Positions 1 to 10,386 of a stretch of 64,000 nucleotides of DNA are shown here, in pieces. Location of the stretch: IMG/VR virus record IMGVR_UViG_3300050821_002105; one strand, given 5' to 3'. Both the position numbers and the translations under genes were made by a program. A model generated the notes under the pieces. The model was not told the DNA's origin. It searched no databases and saw only the letters and a list, made by a program, of their open reading frames with translations. Source of the stretch: an uncultured virus (IMG/VR IMGVR_UViG_3300050821_002105) (Duplodnaviria > Heunggongvirae > Uroviricota > Caudoviricetes). Every line of letters starts with the position of its first letter. Position 1 is the first letter of the stretch.

Positions 1-315
1 TGTAGGTCGCCTTCCGCTCAACCACGATCTCGCCGCTGACGACGCGCATGTGGCGCACAGCGGTGATGCCGTCGCCTGCAAAGCGGAGAGTGCGATCAGG
101 CCACAGCAGTTTGCGGACCGAATCAGCCCCGTCCTCTAACTCCTTGACCTGCTCTTTCGTCAGGAAACTGGGACCCATTTATCGGGCCTCCACGGTGCCG
201 CCGAACAGTTCGGCCCTCTCGTCTGCTTCGGCGCGATCCCAAAATGGCCCCGTCTCTACGGGTCCATGCTCGTCCGACCAGACGACGAAATAAACTTTCT
301 CGATCATCTCAGACA

Positions 316-831
316 CTAGTATCCACTTCCACAACTTGACAATGACGGTTCTGGGTTTCCATCTGCGTATCCATAGTAACGAACAGCAAAGGCAACTCCA
401 GCTTCAATCTGTTCCACAGGGGTCGCTTCGGACATATATGGAGGGTCGCTTGGAGTTTTGAACATATTCCACGTCGCCTGTAGCCACCCCAGTCCACCGT
501 AGTAGGTCGGCCCCTCGACGTACCAGTTGCCTTGTTCCTCACACCAGTCAACATGCGTCCAGATCTCCGTCTGATACGGGGTCGGCAATGGGGACATAGG
601 TACTGCCACTGGCGCGCTCAATGGCGTCGGCAATGGAGCGGCTGGCATCATCGGTGAGAGCAGGATCATAGGGGTATACGGTGCAATCCTCTGCCCAATG
701 AGAGAGGCAGGTGTATGCTGGATCCAGCGTGCCGTGTTCACAGTAGCGGAAGACGACTGTAGGAACAATCCCGATAGACATAACAAAATTCCGATTAGAA
801 GTATACTTATATAAAGTTTTAGACGGCTCAT
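316..831 (-). CDS. Secreted Rpf-like (resuscitation-promoting factor) lytic transglycosylase
   Basis: Signal peptide, Pro-rich linker, then WTHVDWCEEQGNW...YYGGLGWLQATW...EATPVEQI matching the Rpf core (W..xAxCESGGNW...YYGGLQF..TW...ASREEQI); AAGGAGG RBS. Confidence 0.8.
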   Translation of the reverse strand: MSRLKLYISILLIGILLCLSGLFLQSSSATVNTARWIQHTPASLIGQRIAPYTPMILLSPMMPAAPLPTPLSAPVAVPMSPLPTPYQTEIWTHVDWCEEQGNWYVEGPTYYGGLGWLQATWNMFKTPSDPPYMSEATPVEQIEAGVAFAVRYYGYADGNPEPSLSSCGSGY

Positions 832-972
832 TTGGCAGCCTCCTTACGTTAGAACCTGTAGGCTCTTTCTTGGGTTGGTTGATTCGATGAGCCGTTTTTT
901 ATTTACAACTCTATCTTATAGACTATCTAATTTTTTATGGAAATCCTCCTGTCTCATGGGGGTTCTCGTGTA

Positions 973-1311
973 TCACTCGTAGCCTTCCTCTCTACGAATC
1001 AATCCAGCTTCTGCTAGCGTGCAGACGTTCTCGATGGCATATACCGCATCGGCCACTAGGTCTAGCGCTGCTTGCTGTTCGTCATCTTCTGGTAGCGGAC
1101 CGGACTTTAAGTAGCCGACCACTACACTATGAAAGACAGAACATATCTCGTAGATGCGATGCAACTCTTGATCGCGCTGCGCTATATAACCATCTAGTTC
1201 TGCTAGCTTAGCCGCAGCTTGATCCATAAGCGCATCCTTCTCTTCCTGCGAAGTGGTGGTGCGTCCGTTATGTTCAATGATCTTACTCATTAGTTGGAAC
1301 ATCCTTTTCAT
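973..1311 (-). CDS. Hypothetical protein
   Basis: ORF in minus-strand gene run. Confidence 0.5.
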   Translation of the reverse strand: MKRMFQLMSKIIEHNGRTTTSQEEKDALMDQAAAKLAELDGYIAQRDQELHRIYEICSVFHSVVVGYLKSGPLPEDDEQQAALDLVADAVYAIENVCTLAEAGLIRREEGYE

Positions 1312-1425
1312 CGAAAGTCTTTAGCTTAACAGCAGAGTCCATCTTGTCAATCTTAAATCCAATGGTTGTCCTCTTGTAGTTGCTGTCACCTTCGGAGGAT
1401 GCCGGGATATACAACGTGGGTTCAC

Positions 1426-1872
1426 TCATTGGTTGGCCTCTGGATCACAATGCGAGCAGTAAACCCTACCCTTACCTGTCACCTGGAGATCACAATCGGG
1501 TTCATCAGGACATTTCATCCAATGATTCCCAGCGTCATCATGGATCATTAACTCGTCCACCTGTGTTTGTGTAAGAGCTTCAGTCGTCTTTGGTTCTACG
1601 CACGTCCAGACCGTGCCATTGTCCTCGATTTTTTGCGCCTCGTAAGGTCGCGCCACGCGTTCATTAAATTCATCAAGAGCGCCGATCATCACACCCTGTA
1701 TGTGGTCAATCGTTGCATAGCTCACTCCATGTGTCTCCATGTAGGCATTCAACAAACGACAGACAACATAATTGAGTTTAGCTGGTAAGAATATACCCGC
1801 CACTAGATCATTGGTTAGAATACGCAATCCCGGTTCTAGCTCTGGTCGTTGTTCTGACGATATGTAGGGCAT
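1426..1872 (-). CDS. Conserved phage protein (MPYI...LNY...PYE.KI..NG family)
   Basis: Motif pattern common in phage nucleotide-metabolism regions; start moved to MPYISS. Confidence 0.6.
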   Translation of the reverse strand: MPYISSEQRPELEPGLRILTNDLVAGIFLPAKLNYVVCRLLNAYMETHGVSYATIDHIQGVMIGALDEFNERVARPYEAQKIEDNGTVWTCVEPKTTEALTQTQVDELMIHDDAGNHWMKCPDEPDCDLQVTGKGRVYCSHCDPEANQ

Positions 1873-1894
1873 TAGTCTCGTCCGTCCAGGGGCC

Positions 1895-2263
1895 TCACAA
1901 TGCTTTACCTCCGTGGCGATACGGGCGCTTCTGATTGTATGCCATCTTCGCTTCATACTCAGCTTCTAGATCCACGCCATAGCGCTTACAATAGTGTAGT
2001 AGCCGAATAAGGACATCGGCAAACTCAGACGGCACGCCTTCTGGTTTGTTGTCACCGTACTGTTGAAAGTATGCCGACTTCAGGATGTTGCCTTCAACTT
2101 CATAAAATGGAATGATTCCATTGATTCTGAATGCCTCTAGCGCCTCGCTAACCTCACTGTGTAGAAGCGCGCAAGAGTCACCGAATGTATCCTTTGATGG
2201 TTCCCAGCCCTTACCTTCGGCCCAGGTGAATACCTCATCTGCCATTTCAGCTAAAGATTTCAT
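1895..2263 (-). CDS. MazG-like nucleotide pyrophosphohydrolase
   Basis: ALLHSEVSEALEAFR...KPEGVPSEFADVLIR...KMAYNQKRPYRHGGK. Confidence 0.85.
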   Translation of the reverse strand: MKSLAEMADEVFTWAEGKGWEPSKDTFGDSCALLHSEVSEALEAFRINGIIPFYEVEGNILKSAYFQQYGDNKPEGVPSEFADVLIRLLHYCKRYGVDLEAEYEAKMAYNQKRPYRHGGKAL

Positions 2264-2303
2264 ACGTTCATTCTAACATATGTTCTAGGATTTGTCAAGT
2301 GAA

Positions 2304-3506
2304 TCACACGAACGTGCCAGCGAATAGCCACACCGGATCGAACACCATTGACTTCGGCCAGCCCAAACCGGGAATACGATTAGGACGCCATTCTTCCACG
2401 TCAATCATCATTTCGTTCTCTTTGTGGCGAGCTAATCCAAGCCCAACCTCAGGCCACTGAGAAAAATATGCTGACCCCTGTGGATCTATCCCCTCACCTT
2501 TCGACGTGTGCGCCTCCACGATCAAACCAAACTCATACTTGGTCCGCATCTGATCCAGAACATCTAGAAACTCAGCGGCTGCATCTTCCCAGGACTCACC
2601 ATGCAAACCCTTGGCTCCCATCTTGTAAGCTGGACCCATAACTACCAGGTCAGGCTGATGAATCGCTACCTCACGCTGGAACACAGTACGTTCACGCCGA
2701 GATCTCAGATTCATACCTCCTGGCTGGCGCACGATTTTGAACCTCTCTTCATCGTGATCCTTGCTAGCGCGGCCAAGCGTGTTATGTAGCGTTTTCATCA
2801 TAGCAATGATGTTCTCATCGGGGTTCTCGGCGTCGAAGGATAGCACCCTGATCGGTTCCATCTCTCGGTGTGAGAATGGATGCAACCCCTGTGAGGCACA
2901 GTAGCCTATCATTTTCGTGAAGGTTGACTTCCCGGCGCCTGGCCTGCCAGTAATAATAGCACGGTAGTTCTGGCGCATCAGGTCAGGGATGATGATCGGA
3001 CTGCCTTCGCCGCGTTCCTCCATCTCCATCAACTCTTTCACCGTGACGGCCTTCTGTGTGATGTCACTGCTACCCAGACTGGTGAGGGTGCGGATAAGCT
3101 GATCCGATACCTCGAACGGATCCACGCCTTCAGCCACATCGCCCAGCCCTTGTTGCGCTGCCTTCATCACGTCACGAGCGATCTTGCATCGTTCGACGGC
3201 CTTAGCGTACTGATAAACCGCAGTTAACGTGGGAACTTGGCCGATGAATTTCACCAGAAGTGGACCCACTGAGTCGTCAGCAATACCCTGGTCGGCCATC
3301 TTCGATACTACCGTCACTGCGTCAATGGGTTCGCCATGCTCATATAAGTCCTGTATAGCAGCGAAGATACTGCCGTTCAACGGGCGATAGAAGTCGCCGG
3401 GAGTCAGGATCTCTAAAGCGGGTTCACATGCCTCCCGTTTGAGCAGGCAACAGCCCAGGACGGATTCCTCCGCGGCTAGATCGTGTGGAATGGTCAGTGA
3501 TGGCAT
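2304..3506 (-). CDS. DnaB-like helicase (DnaB N-domain + RecA-fold ATPase)
   Basis: PHDLAAEESVLG...DFY...IF.AI..L...PIDAVTV; Walker A GRPGAGKS. Confidence 0.85.
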   Translation of the reverse strand: MPSLTIPHDLAAEESVLGCCLLKREACEPALEILTPGDFYRPLNGSIFAAIQDLYEHGEPIDAVTVVSKMADQGIADDSVGPLLVKFIGQVPTLTAVYQYAKAVERCKIARDVMKAAQQGLGDVAEGVDPFEVSDQLIRTLTSLGSSDITQKAVTVKELMEMEERGEGSPIIIPDLMRQNYRAIITGRPGAGKSTFTKMIGYCASQGLHPFSHREMEPIRVLSFDAENPDENIIAMMKTLHNTLGRASKDHDEERFKIVRQPGGMNLRSRRERTVFQREVAIHQPDLVVMGPAYKMGAKGLHGESWEDAAAEFLDVLDQMRTKYEFGLIVEAHTSKGEGIDPQGSAYFSQWPEVGLGLARHKENEMMIDVEEWRPNRIPGLGWPKSMVFDPVWLFAGTFV

Positions 3507-3766
3507 CGGCAGAATCCTCTGATTGGTGCTTAATTTCAATTCTCAGGCTCTCTAGGGTCACTTCTGGTATCGAGATACCATCGAGGGCATTTTCGGGGCT
3601 TAGAACGGATTCTAGCGGCCCTTCAAAGTTGGGGCAAGCAGCGGTGCTGGTGCAGTTTGAGCAGCAGACCCTCCTACCACCGGGATATTCAGGTACGAAT
3701 CCGCAGGTCCAGCACTGTTTTACTAGCCCACATTCGATCTCCATAGCTATGATATGCGCTTGCATG

Positions 3767-4597
3767 TTATCCCATCCAGGGAAAAGCCACTGATGGGTGC
3801 TGTGGTTGTGGATAATCCGTGAATCCTTCGCGAAAAGGATGATACCATACTCCATTCTCTTCGAAGTCGGCCACCAATTTATTGTAGACAGACTGCGTTA
3901 ACAACCTGTAATCCCAGGTCAGGGCATTCCAGTCGTTTGTCCAGTCTTTCTCGGCTAGCGCTGGCTGAACATCAGGGTTGAACTGCGACCAGTTTTTCAG
4001 CAGGCCCGTAACGGTAAAAGTTAGATCAGGCCACCTAGTTTTATAGAGATCCGCCCTGATCATAATCTCGTCGGGAGTCGGAGCCGGGTCCATCTCTTTC
4101 AGAATCTTCGTCATCTTACGGACTGGCCCTAGCTCGAAGTCGTTGTTCTCGGTCCAGTCGATGCCAGCTACCTCACAGAGAGTTTCAAAGATGAGATCGC
4201 GACGCTTTGCGTCAACATGATTCTTTTTACTTTCTTTAATACAATTAGTATAGGGGGCGGAATCTGTCGCAGATTTCCTATTTGCCTGTCGCAGATTTCC
4301 TATTTCATCTGTCGCAGATTTCCTATTTCCGTCAAGCAATCGGTAGACTGGGTGCTTCTTCCCAACCCCTGTTTCGACTATCTCTAGGTAGCCATCATCA
4401 ACCATCTGCTTCACGGCAGAGCGAACGGTTCTCGTAGAACACTTCGCCTTTACCGCGATGGTTTCTTGGTTAGCCCACAGTAGGTGATCGTTGCCCTCGT
4501 TGGCCCATGAAGCCAGGACAAGATGAATGACGCGCTCGGTACCGGTGTATGGTGAGTGGTCTAACACCCATCCAGATTCCTTGAAGCTCAATTGCAT
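3767..4597 (-). CDS. HTH replication initiator (lambda O-like)
   Basis: N-terminal wHTH (QETIAVKAKCSTRTVRSAVKQM), internal iterons, upstream of helicase. Confidence 0.75.
   Translation of the reverse strand: MQLSFKESGWVLDHSPYTGTERVIHLVLASWANEGNDHLLWANQETIAVKAKCSTRTVRSAVKQMVDDGYLEIVETGVGKKHPVYRLLDGNRKSATDEIGNLRQANRKSATDSAPYTNCIKESKKNHVDAKRRDLIFETLCEVAGIDWTENNDFELGPVRKMTKILKEMDPAPTPDEIMIRADLYKTRWPDLTFTVTGLLKNWSQFNPDVQPALAEKDWTNDWNALTWDYRLLTQSVYNKLVADFEENGVWYHPFREGFTDYPQPQHPSVAFPWMG
4264..4328. repeat. Three 20-bp iterons CTGTCGCAGATTTCCTATTT, putative origin
   Basis: Exact copies at 4264, 4286 and 4309 inside the initiator gene, next to an AT-rich stretch (about 4220-4250). Confidence 0.8.
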
Positions 4598-4890
4598 ATC
4601 TCCAGTGCTAGTTTCATATCATCAGGAATTTTGTGCGCCTCGCTTTTCTGATTTTGAGATGGAAACTCTTTTTCGATGGCGATTGCTTCAGCCAGTTCGG
4701 CTTCTTCCCTAGAAGTGAAGTCTTCTAGGGTGATACTGACTACGCTGTTCCACCAGGCAGCCTTTCTAGAATGGCTTGTGCAGCGGTCTGCAAAGTTACT
4801 TGTAACCCCTACATATAGAAGGTTACAATCATGGTCATAGTGCTTATAGACAATGTGTTGGTATGGCAACTCATTGGAATGATTACTCAT
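4588..4890 (-). CDS. GIY-YIG nuclease family protein
   Basis: VYKHYD...LLYVGVT...R...H...AE..AI..E.P..N. Confidence 0.8.
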   Translation of the reverse strand: MSNHSNELPYQHIVYKHYDHDCNLLYVGVTSNFADRCTSHSRKAAWWNSVVSITLEDFTSREEAELAEAIAIEKEFPSQNQKSEAHKIPDDMKLALEICN

Positions 4891-5133
4891 ACTACTCGCC
4901 CTTCAATAGCCAGGTTTCTCGCCACGTCAGTTCTTCACCCCGCTCGCGCTTCTCGCGTGCCTTGTCGGCCTCTTCGTCCAGTTTCTTAGAGTGGACGCTA
5001 TGCTCTGGCCTTTTGAAATTTACGCTGCCATATTTGCCTGTCAAATTGGTGACCCTCCGTTTTTCTCGTTGATGTATCTCCAGAAGACTAGTAATGCTAT
5101 CAAGAATATGATGAGTACGATAGTCATTGGCCG

Positions 5134-5547
5134 TTATTCATCCTCGCTATCTTTCTTGACGTTGCGTTTCAATATCTTCGTAGTCAACCAGTCGGGCGGA
5201 AAGCTACGAAACTCCTTCGTCTGAGCCTGGCCGGACACGGGGCCACCAATCACGGTAACGTGCGACAATACATCATCAATCAAACGAAACGATTCTATAA
5301 CAAACTCGCCAGCTACATCTTTGATGCCACACCGGTCACCAGCTTTCCAGCCGTTCCACTCATAGATTTTTATGATTCCCATAGCCATCATCTGTGCTTC
5401 AACAGCAGCAGCAGACTTAGCATCAGCTTTCGGTGACAACTTCATTCCTTTCGAGGCTGGATAACATTCGCACGGCGGTCCGTTGACCTTCATCAAGGAG
5501 CATCGTCCACATGGCATCTTCTTCGTCTTTTTTCGGGTGCGGGACAA
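5134..5547 (-). CDS. Hypothetical protein
   Basis: ORF in gene run. Confidence 0.5.
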   Translation of the reverse strand: MSRTRKKTKKMPCGRCSLMKVNGPPCECYPASKGMKLSPKADAKSAAAVEAQMMAMGIIKIYEWNGWKAGDRCGIKDVAGEFVIESFRLIDDVLSHVTVIGGPVSGQAQTKEFRSFPPDWLTTKILKRNVKKDSEDE

Positions 5548-5851
5548 TCGGACGTACTCCCCTCATGCGGATCTTCTCAATCGTTTCGTGGATTGCATCA
5601 GCGATTGCTACAGCATAGATCATACGCAATGCTGACTCTATCGTAATCGGATGATGCCCAGGCCACTGTGGGTGAGCGTGCAGCCGCAACATGGCGTCGA
5701 TCATCTTACCTGGCTGATCTATGTCTTCACGGCGAGGGAAGAACCACTCCGTGGTACCCTGTTCGTCATCATAGTACATGCCGAACTGTTCTCCGTCATA
5801 GGTAACGTCAGCAGCCCACTCCTGTATATCGTGAATCTCCCCTCGTTTCAT
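5423..5851 (-). CDS. Hypothetical protein (leaderless)
   Basis: TTGACA...TATAAT directly upstream of ATG. Confidence 0.5.
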   Translation of the reverse strand: MKRGEIHDIQEWAADVTYDGEQFGMYYDDEQGTTEWFFPRREDIDQPGKMIDAMLRLHAHPQWPGHHPITIESALRMIYAVAIADAIHETIEKIRMRGVRPIVPHPKKDEEDAMWTMLLDEGQRTAVRMLSSLERNEVVTES

Positions 5852-6089
5852 AGCGGACATTATAGCAGGTCAGCGGCCTAATGTCAAGCAGCTTCTGAAA
5901 TCTTGTTCCGAACGCTTGACTTTCCCAGGTCAATATGTTAAAGTACCGACGTTGCTAGTAACTCATGGGAGATTGTGAAGGAAGGCGACTACCGGGGTGG
6001 ACTCGGGTGGAGGTTGCTGGCGTTCGACTGGGTTGTCGCTCGCACTCTAACAGAATCTAAATCTAACAGAAAAGGAGGCAACAGTCAAG

Positions 6090-6248
6090 ATGTGGAAGGA
6101 ATATACGAAGGAATACACATGGGATGACGTGTCTACTGCGCGAGACGAAGGATACTCTGACGGCCATGAAGATGGCTATGAAAAGGGATACTCTATGGGT
6201 TACGCCGAGGGTTACGACGATGGCGCCGCTGCCGGTGAGTTCAGTTAA
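6090..6248 (+). CDS. Small acidic protein with GY..G repeats (52 aa)
   Basis: AAAGGAGG RBS; DEGYSDGHEDGYEKGYSMGYAEGYDDG. Confidence 0.6.
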   Translation: MWKEYTKEYTWDDVSTARDEGYSDGHEDGYEKGYSMGYAEGYDDGAAAGEFS

Positions 6249-6265
6249 GGAGGAATAGATTAAAT

Positions 6266-6637
6266 ATGGATAGTAACCATTTGGTTGCGAAGATCGTCGG
6301 TGGCGTGCTTGCGTTCATCGTGCTGGTCGGCGTGATCTCGTTCGTAGGTTGGGATGTGGGCTGGTGGTTCAGCAATCAGAACGTGAACCGTCAGGCGCTT
6401 CAGTTCCAACACAGCTATGGTACGCAGAGCGCGTACATTGAAGAGGTAAACCAGGAGATCAACGAGTTTAACGCGTTGCAGACGCAGATCGTTGACCCTT
6501 CTACGGCGCCCGCAGAGAAGAACGCGCTAGTTGCACAACAGCAGGCAATCGTGAACCAAGCGTGCGGCCAGGTTGGCGAGATTAGCATCACCATTCCAAC
6601 CAATGAAAAGTCTTGGGCTAACCAATACTGTTCGTAA
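6266..6637 (+). CDS. Membrane-anchored protein
   Basis: AGGAGG RBS, N-terminal TM helix. Confidence 0.65.
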   Translation: MDSNHLVAKIVGGVLAFIVLVGVISFVGWDVGWWFSNQNVNRQALQFQHSYGTQSAYIEEVNQEINEFNALQTQIVDPSTAPAEKNALVAQQQAIVNQACGQVGEISITIPTNEKSWANQYCS

Positions 6638-6652
6638 AAGAAAGGATTACAG

Positions 6653-7285
6653 TTGCGATTTAACAGGAGCAAGATTGCGAAGTATGCGTCAGTAGCAGGA
6701 GTCGGAGCAGTCCTGGCAGTGGGTATTCCCATTGTGTCGGGTGCAGATTCGATTTCAGCTATTGTGAATGATCAGATCACGTCTGGTCGTGCGTTGACGC
6801 AGCTTCAACAGGCACAACCATCGCCAACGTTCAAGTGGAGTCAGGAACGTGAGTCTCTGATTGATATTGAACGTATGCAGGCCAACTCCACGCAGACGAC
6901 CAGCTTTGGTTTTAACCAGGGTGACGCAACTCCCGTGTGGTCCTGTCCTAGCATCGGGGTGCCGATTGCGGCAGATACGGAACTGACCAACCCCGATCAG
7001 GTCTACAACCCTGGTGACGTATACAACGGTCAGGACAACGTGCTTCCACAGGTTGACCCAACTGGTATCTACCAGGGCACCACCACTGGCACCTATGTTG
7101 TGTGCGTGGCACCTAACGGCACCACCTACCTTCAATATTGGGAGGGCTTTGTTGATGCCGTAACTGGTGCGGCCACATTCAACACTGCCACCAACTCTAT
7201 CAGCCTTGTCGGACCTTCAACGATTAACGTGAAGACCAGAGTGGGCACTGACAACAGCAGTCATCTGAAGAAGGGAAAGAAGTAG
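6653..7285 (+). CDS. Secreted/membrane protein
   Basis: Signal peptide-like N-terminus, RBS. Confidence 0.65.
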   Translation: MRFNRSKIAKYASVAGVGAVLAVGIPIVSGADSISAIVNDQITSGRALTQLQQAQPSPTFKWSQERESLIDIERMQANSTQTTSFGFNQGDATPVWSCPSIGVPIAADTELTNPDQVYNPGDVYNGQDNVLPQVDPTGIYQGTTTGTYVVCVAPNGTTYLQYWEGFVDAVTGAATFNTATNSISLVGPSTINVKTRVGTDNSSHLKKGKK

Positions 7286-7587
7286 TCCGTGGCAACATAC
7301 CGATACCCCACAACGGTTCGTAACTGCACCGGATCTCCCATCACGGAGTATGTGGTGGAGACTGAAAACGGTAATCTGGCAGACTTGCTAGCAGCGGCGA
7401 GCGATTGGGTGAGAGATCATCCGAATGACTACGTTGCTGATATTAGCAAGATTACCTGCGCTGGAGAAGGCGAAACCTACTTCCCAGATTACCTGTCGCT
7501 TATCGTTCACACTTCCAACCCTGGTAAGTCAGATCGCGTAACTTATCGTTAGGCCGATTTTTCCGGCGAAAAACGAAAGTCTCGCAT

Positions 7588-7642
7588 TCGAACATTAGTT
7601 CAGGTATTAAGCCTTGACAAGTGTTCAGAAGTGTGATATAGT
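7588..7642 (+). promoter_or_regulatory. recA promoter with LexA-type SOS box
   Basis: TCGAACATTAGTTC (7588-7601), TTGACA 7614, 17 bp spacer, TATAGT 7637. Confidence 0.7.
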
Positions 7643-7762
7643 GAAGTCATAGGCTCCCCGGAGGGGGTTTCGGAGGAACAGCACACCTAGATACGCAGTT
7701 CGGCTCGTCGCAATTCTAGGGTGAAGCGGATCGAAACGTGAGATCCGCCATTCAGGAGTAAT

Positions 7763-8764
7763 ATGCCCAAAACGCCAAGCTATTCGCTAGAAACGGCGAT
7801 GGCCGATATTGATAAGGAGTATGGAACCGGTGCCATTTTTCGTATGGGCGAAGATCCAGATTTCGGCATAGATTGTGTATCGACTGGAATCTTACCTCTC
7901 GATATTGCGCTTGGCAAACGTGGCGGATTACCGTTAGGCCGTTTTACGGAAATCTACGGTCCACAGGGATCAGGCAAAACAACCATCGTGCTTTCCGCGA
8001 TTGCCCTAGCGCAGGCTAAGGGCAACACCTGTGCCTTCATCGACGCAGAACACGCCATTGATCCAACCTATGCCGCAGCGATTGGTGTCAACGTAGATGA
8101 GTTGCTTATTGCCCAGCCGGATACCGGCGAAGAGGCGTTTACGGCTATTGAGAAGCTAGCTAGAACCGGCGAAGTGTCGATCATCGGTGTTGACTCGGTG
8201 GCGGCTCTTTTGCCAAGATCCATGATTGAAGGCAACTATGGTGAAGCATTTGTCGGGATGCACCCTAAATTTATGTCTCAGTCGCTAGGAAAGCTGAAGG
8301 GCGTTGCATCAGGCGGCTCTACCGCTATAGTCTTCATCAACCAGTTGCGTGAATCCATCGGCAAGCAGTTTGGTTCGCCAGAATACACCCCAGGTGGGAA
8401 AGCGCTAGGTTACTATTCTAGTGTGCGCCTAGATGTCAGACGCATCGAAACCCTCAAAGATAGCGATGGGGCGTTCGCTAATCGCACTAGAGTCAAAGTT
8501 GTGAAAAACAAGGTTGGTATACCATACAAAATGTGCGAGTTCGATCTTGAATACGGTGTGGGTATCCCGAGGGAGGGGTGTTTGATAGACTTAGGCATTA
8601 CCTATGGCCTCGTAATACAGAACGGTTCATGGTTCGCTACCGCAGACGGAGAGAAGCTCGGTCAGGGCCGCAGTAATGCCATGCACGCTCTATTCGAAAA
8701 CACTCAACTGGCAACAGAGCTAGAAGGCAACATACGAGAGGCAGCGTTCGGTGAAGGTTCCTGA
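7763..8764 (+). CDS. recA: RecA recombinase
   Basis: GPQGSGKTT, AFIDAEHAIDP, IAQPDTGEEA, VDSVAALLP, FINQLRE, GGKAL.YYSSVRLDVRR. Confidence 0.97.
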   Translation: MPKTPSYSLETAMADIDKEYGTGAIFRMGEDPDFGIDCVSTGILPLDIALGKRGGLPLGRFTEIYGPQGSGKTTIVLSAIALAQAKGNTCAFIDAEHAIDPTYAAAIGVNVDELLIAQPDTGEEAFTAIEKLARTGEVSIIGVDSVAALLPRSMIEGNYGEAFVGMHPKFMSQSLGKLKGVASGGSTAIVFINQLRESIGKQFGSPEYTPGGKALGYYSSVRLDVRRIETLKDSDGAFANRTRVKVVKNKVGIPYKMCEFDLEYGVGIPREGCLIDLGITYGLVIQNGSWFATADGEKLGQGRSNAMHALFENTQLATELEGNIREAAFGEGS

Positions 8765-8910
8765 TTTCATTCCCACAGTAAAATCTCCGAGAGGCAAGGG
8801 GCCTCGAACAAAGAAAAAGATGCGCGCCAAGAAAGAAGCGCAGCTATGGGAAGCCATACTAGATGGTTATCAGGCCGAGACTAGCGCCATACACAACCAG
8901 AAGAAGCACG

Positions 8911-9120
8911 ATGACGACTGAGCGCATATCCGCAGCAGATCAAGTCCTACATGCAATTCGTGTCTACAGCGAACGTCCATATGGACCCACGCGCCGAGAG
9001 ATACAAGGAATCACCGGATTGCCGCTAGGGACGATTCAGGAGGTAGTGAAGAGGCTTGCAGACGAAGGCAAGATCCACTACGTCGAAAAGGTCGCACGAT
9101 CAATAAGGATCAAGGAATGA
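8911..9120 (+). CDS. Small wHTH protein (LexA DNA-binding-domain-like)
   Basis: YGPTRREIQGITG...TIQEVVKRL..EGKI...ARSIRI. Confidence 0.65.
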   Translation: MTTERISAADQVLHAIRVYSERPYGPTRREIQGITGLPLGTIQEVVKRLADEGKIHYVEKVARSIRIKE

Positions 9121-10166
9121 TCGACATAGCAGAACGTTGTCACATTATATCGGCATGGCCGGATGCTCAGTCGCGTGACGAATGGGTACAGTCCCGCACA
9201 AAGGGACTAGGTGGTTCGGATATCGGTTCCATTCTTGGCGTGAATAAGTACAAGAGTGCCTTAGAGGTATGGGTTGAGAAGACTGGGGCCGTCAAGGCTG
9301 AAGAGATTGACAATGAGGCTATTCGCTGGGGCAATCGACTAGAGCGTCCAGTAGCTGAAGAGTTTGCACACCGTCAGAACCTCGCTGTAGTGTCGTGGCC
9401 GGTAACGTTACGCATGAAGTTACACGAATGGGCTATTGCTAACTTGGACTTTCTGATCGTAGAACCAAGCGACAGATTCCCAGCGGGTCAAGTGACAGAC
9501 TGGGAAACGACAGAAGTACCACCCGGTATCGCCGCCATTCTTGAAATCAAAACATCTGGTATTGGTTCTTACGGCAAGCCGGAAGAATGGGGAGATGATG
9601 ACAATCCGACTTACCCGATATCCTACGAGTATCAATGTAGGCACTACTCTAATGTTTCTGGAATCAGGGAAGTCTACCTTGTTGCTCTCGTCGCGGGGCG
9701 GGGACTCACTATTCGTAAGCTACCCGTGGACGCCGAACTATCTAACTATCTCTTCTTACGGGCTGAACATTTCTGGACTGACTGTGTTCTCGCGGAAAAT
9801 CCCCCCACCCCCGACCACACCGACAGCGCCGCGGAAGTCCTTAAAACGTTATACCCCAAGCCGGTGGAGGAAAAGGAGTACGAAGGCGGCGGATCGCTAG
9901 ATGGCCTGTGGAGCGACCTACGGCAAGCCAAGGTTGATTTCGATGTTGCCGAGAAGCACAAGAAAGAGCTAAGAAACAAGATCGTCGCCCTTATCGGTGA
10001 CGCTGAGTACGGCACGGTCTATGGTAATAGGGTTTGCAGTTTCAAGGGTGGCGACTCCATCGAATGGTTTGATGAGAAGTCTTTCGCTCGTGACAATCCG
10101 AAGCTATACGCTCAGTACCGCCGCACGCGTCCCGGTCATAGGAGTCTCAGGGAGGTTAAGGGATAA
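9117..10166 (+). CDS. YqaJ/RecE-like exonuclease
   Basis: W...R..GLGGSDIGSILG.NKY, WG.RLE, ANLD, LEIKT, Y.YQ..HY. Confidence 0.9.
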   Translation: MIDIAERCHIISAWPDAQSRDEWVQSRTKGLGGSDIGSILGVNKYKSALEVWVEKTGAVKAEEIDNEAIRWGNRLERPVAEEFAHRQNLAVVSWPVTLRMKLHEWAIANLDFLIVEPSDRFPAGQVTDWETTEVPPGIAAILEIKTSGIGSYGKPEEWGDDDNPTYPISYEYQCRHYSNVSGIREVYLVALVAGRGLTIRKLPVDAELSNYLFLRAEHFWTDCVLAENPPTPDHTDSAAEVLKTLYPKPVEEKEYEGGGSLDGLWSDLRQAKVDFDVAEKHKKELRNKIVALIGDAEYGTVYGNRVCSFKGGDSIEWFDEKSFARDNPKLYAQYRRTRPGHRSLREVKG

Positions 10167-10386
10167 TGTTAGTTGCAACAGTCGAAGTCTGGCCGGGAGG
10201 AAGAGTTCTAGAACGGAGAGTTATAGGAACCCTCACTCTAGCAAATGTGTCTAATCTAGCGGAGGTTTCGGAGTACGAAGGCTACTTAGATAGTTGCCCC
10301 GTTAGTATTCCCCATCATCGTCGTGCCGATGGGGCATGGAGTCTAGTAAAGAAAGCAATAGAAGACTACGAAGGAGCAGTCCAAGA

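Noticed and set aside
832..965. c-di-AMP (ydaO) riboswitch upstream of the rpf-like gene
   Set aside because: Conserved ydaO motifs not found
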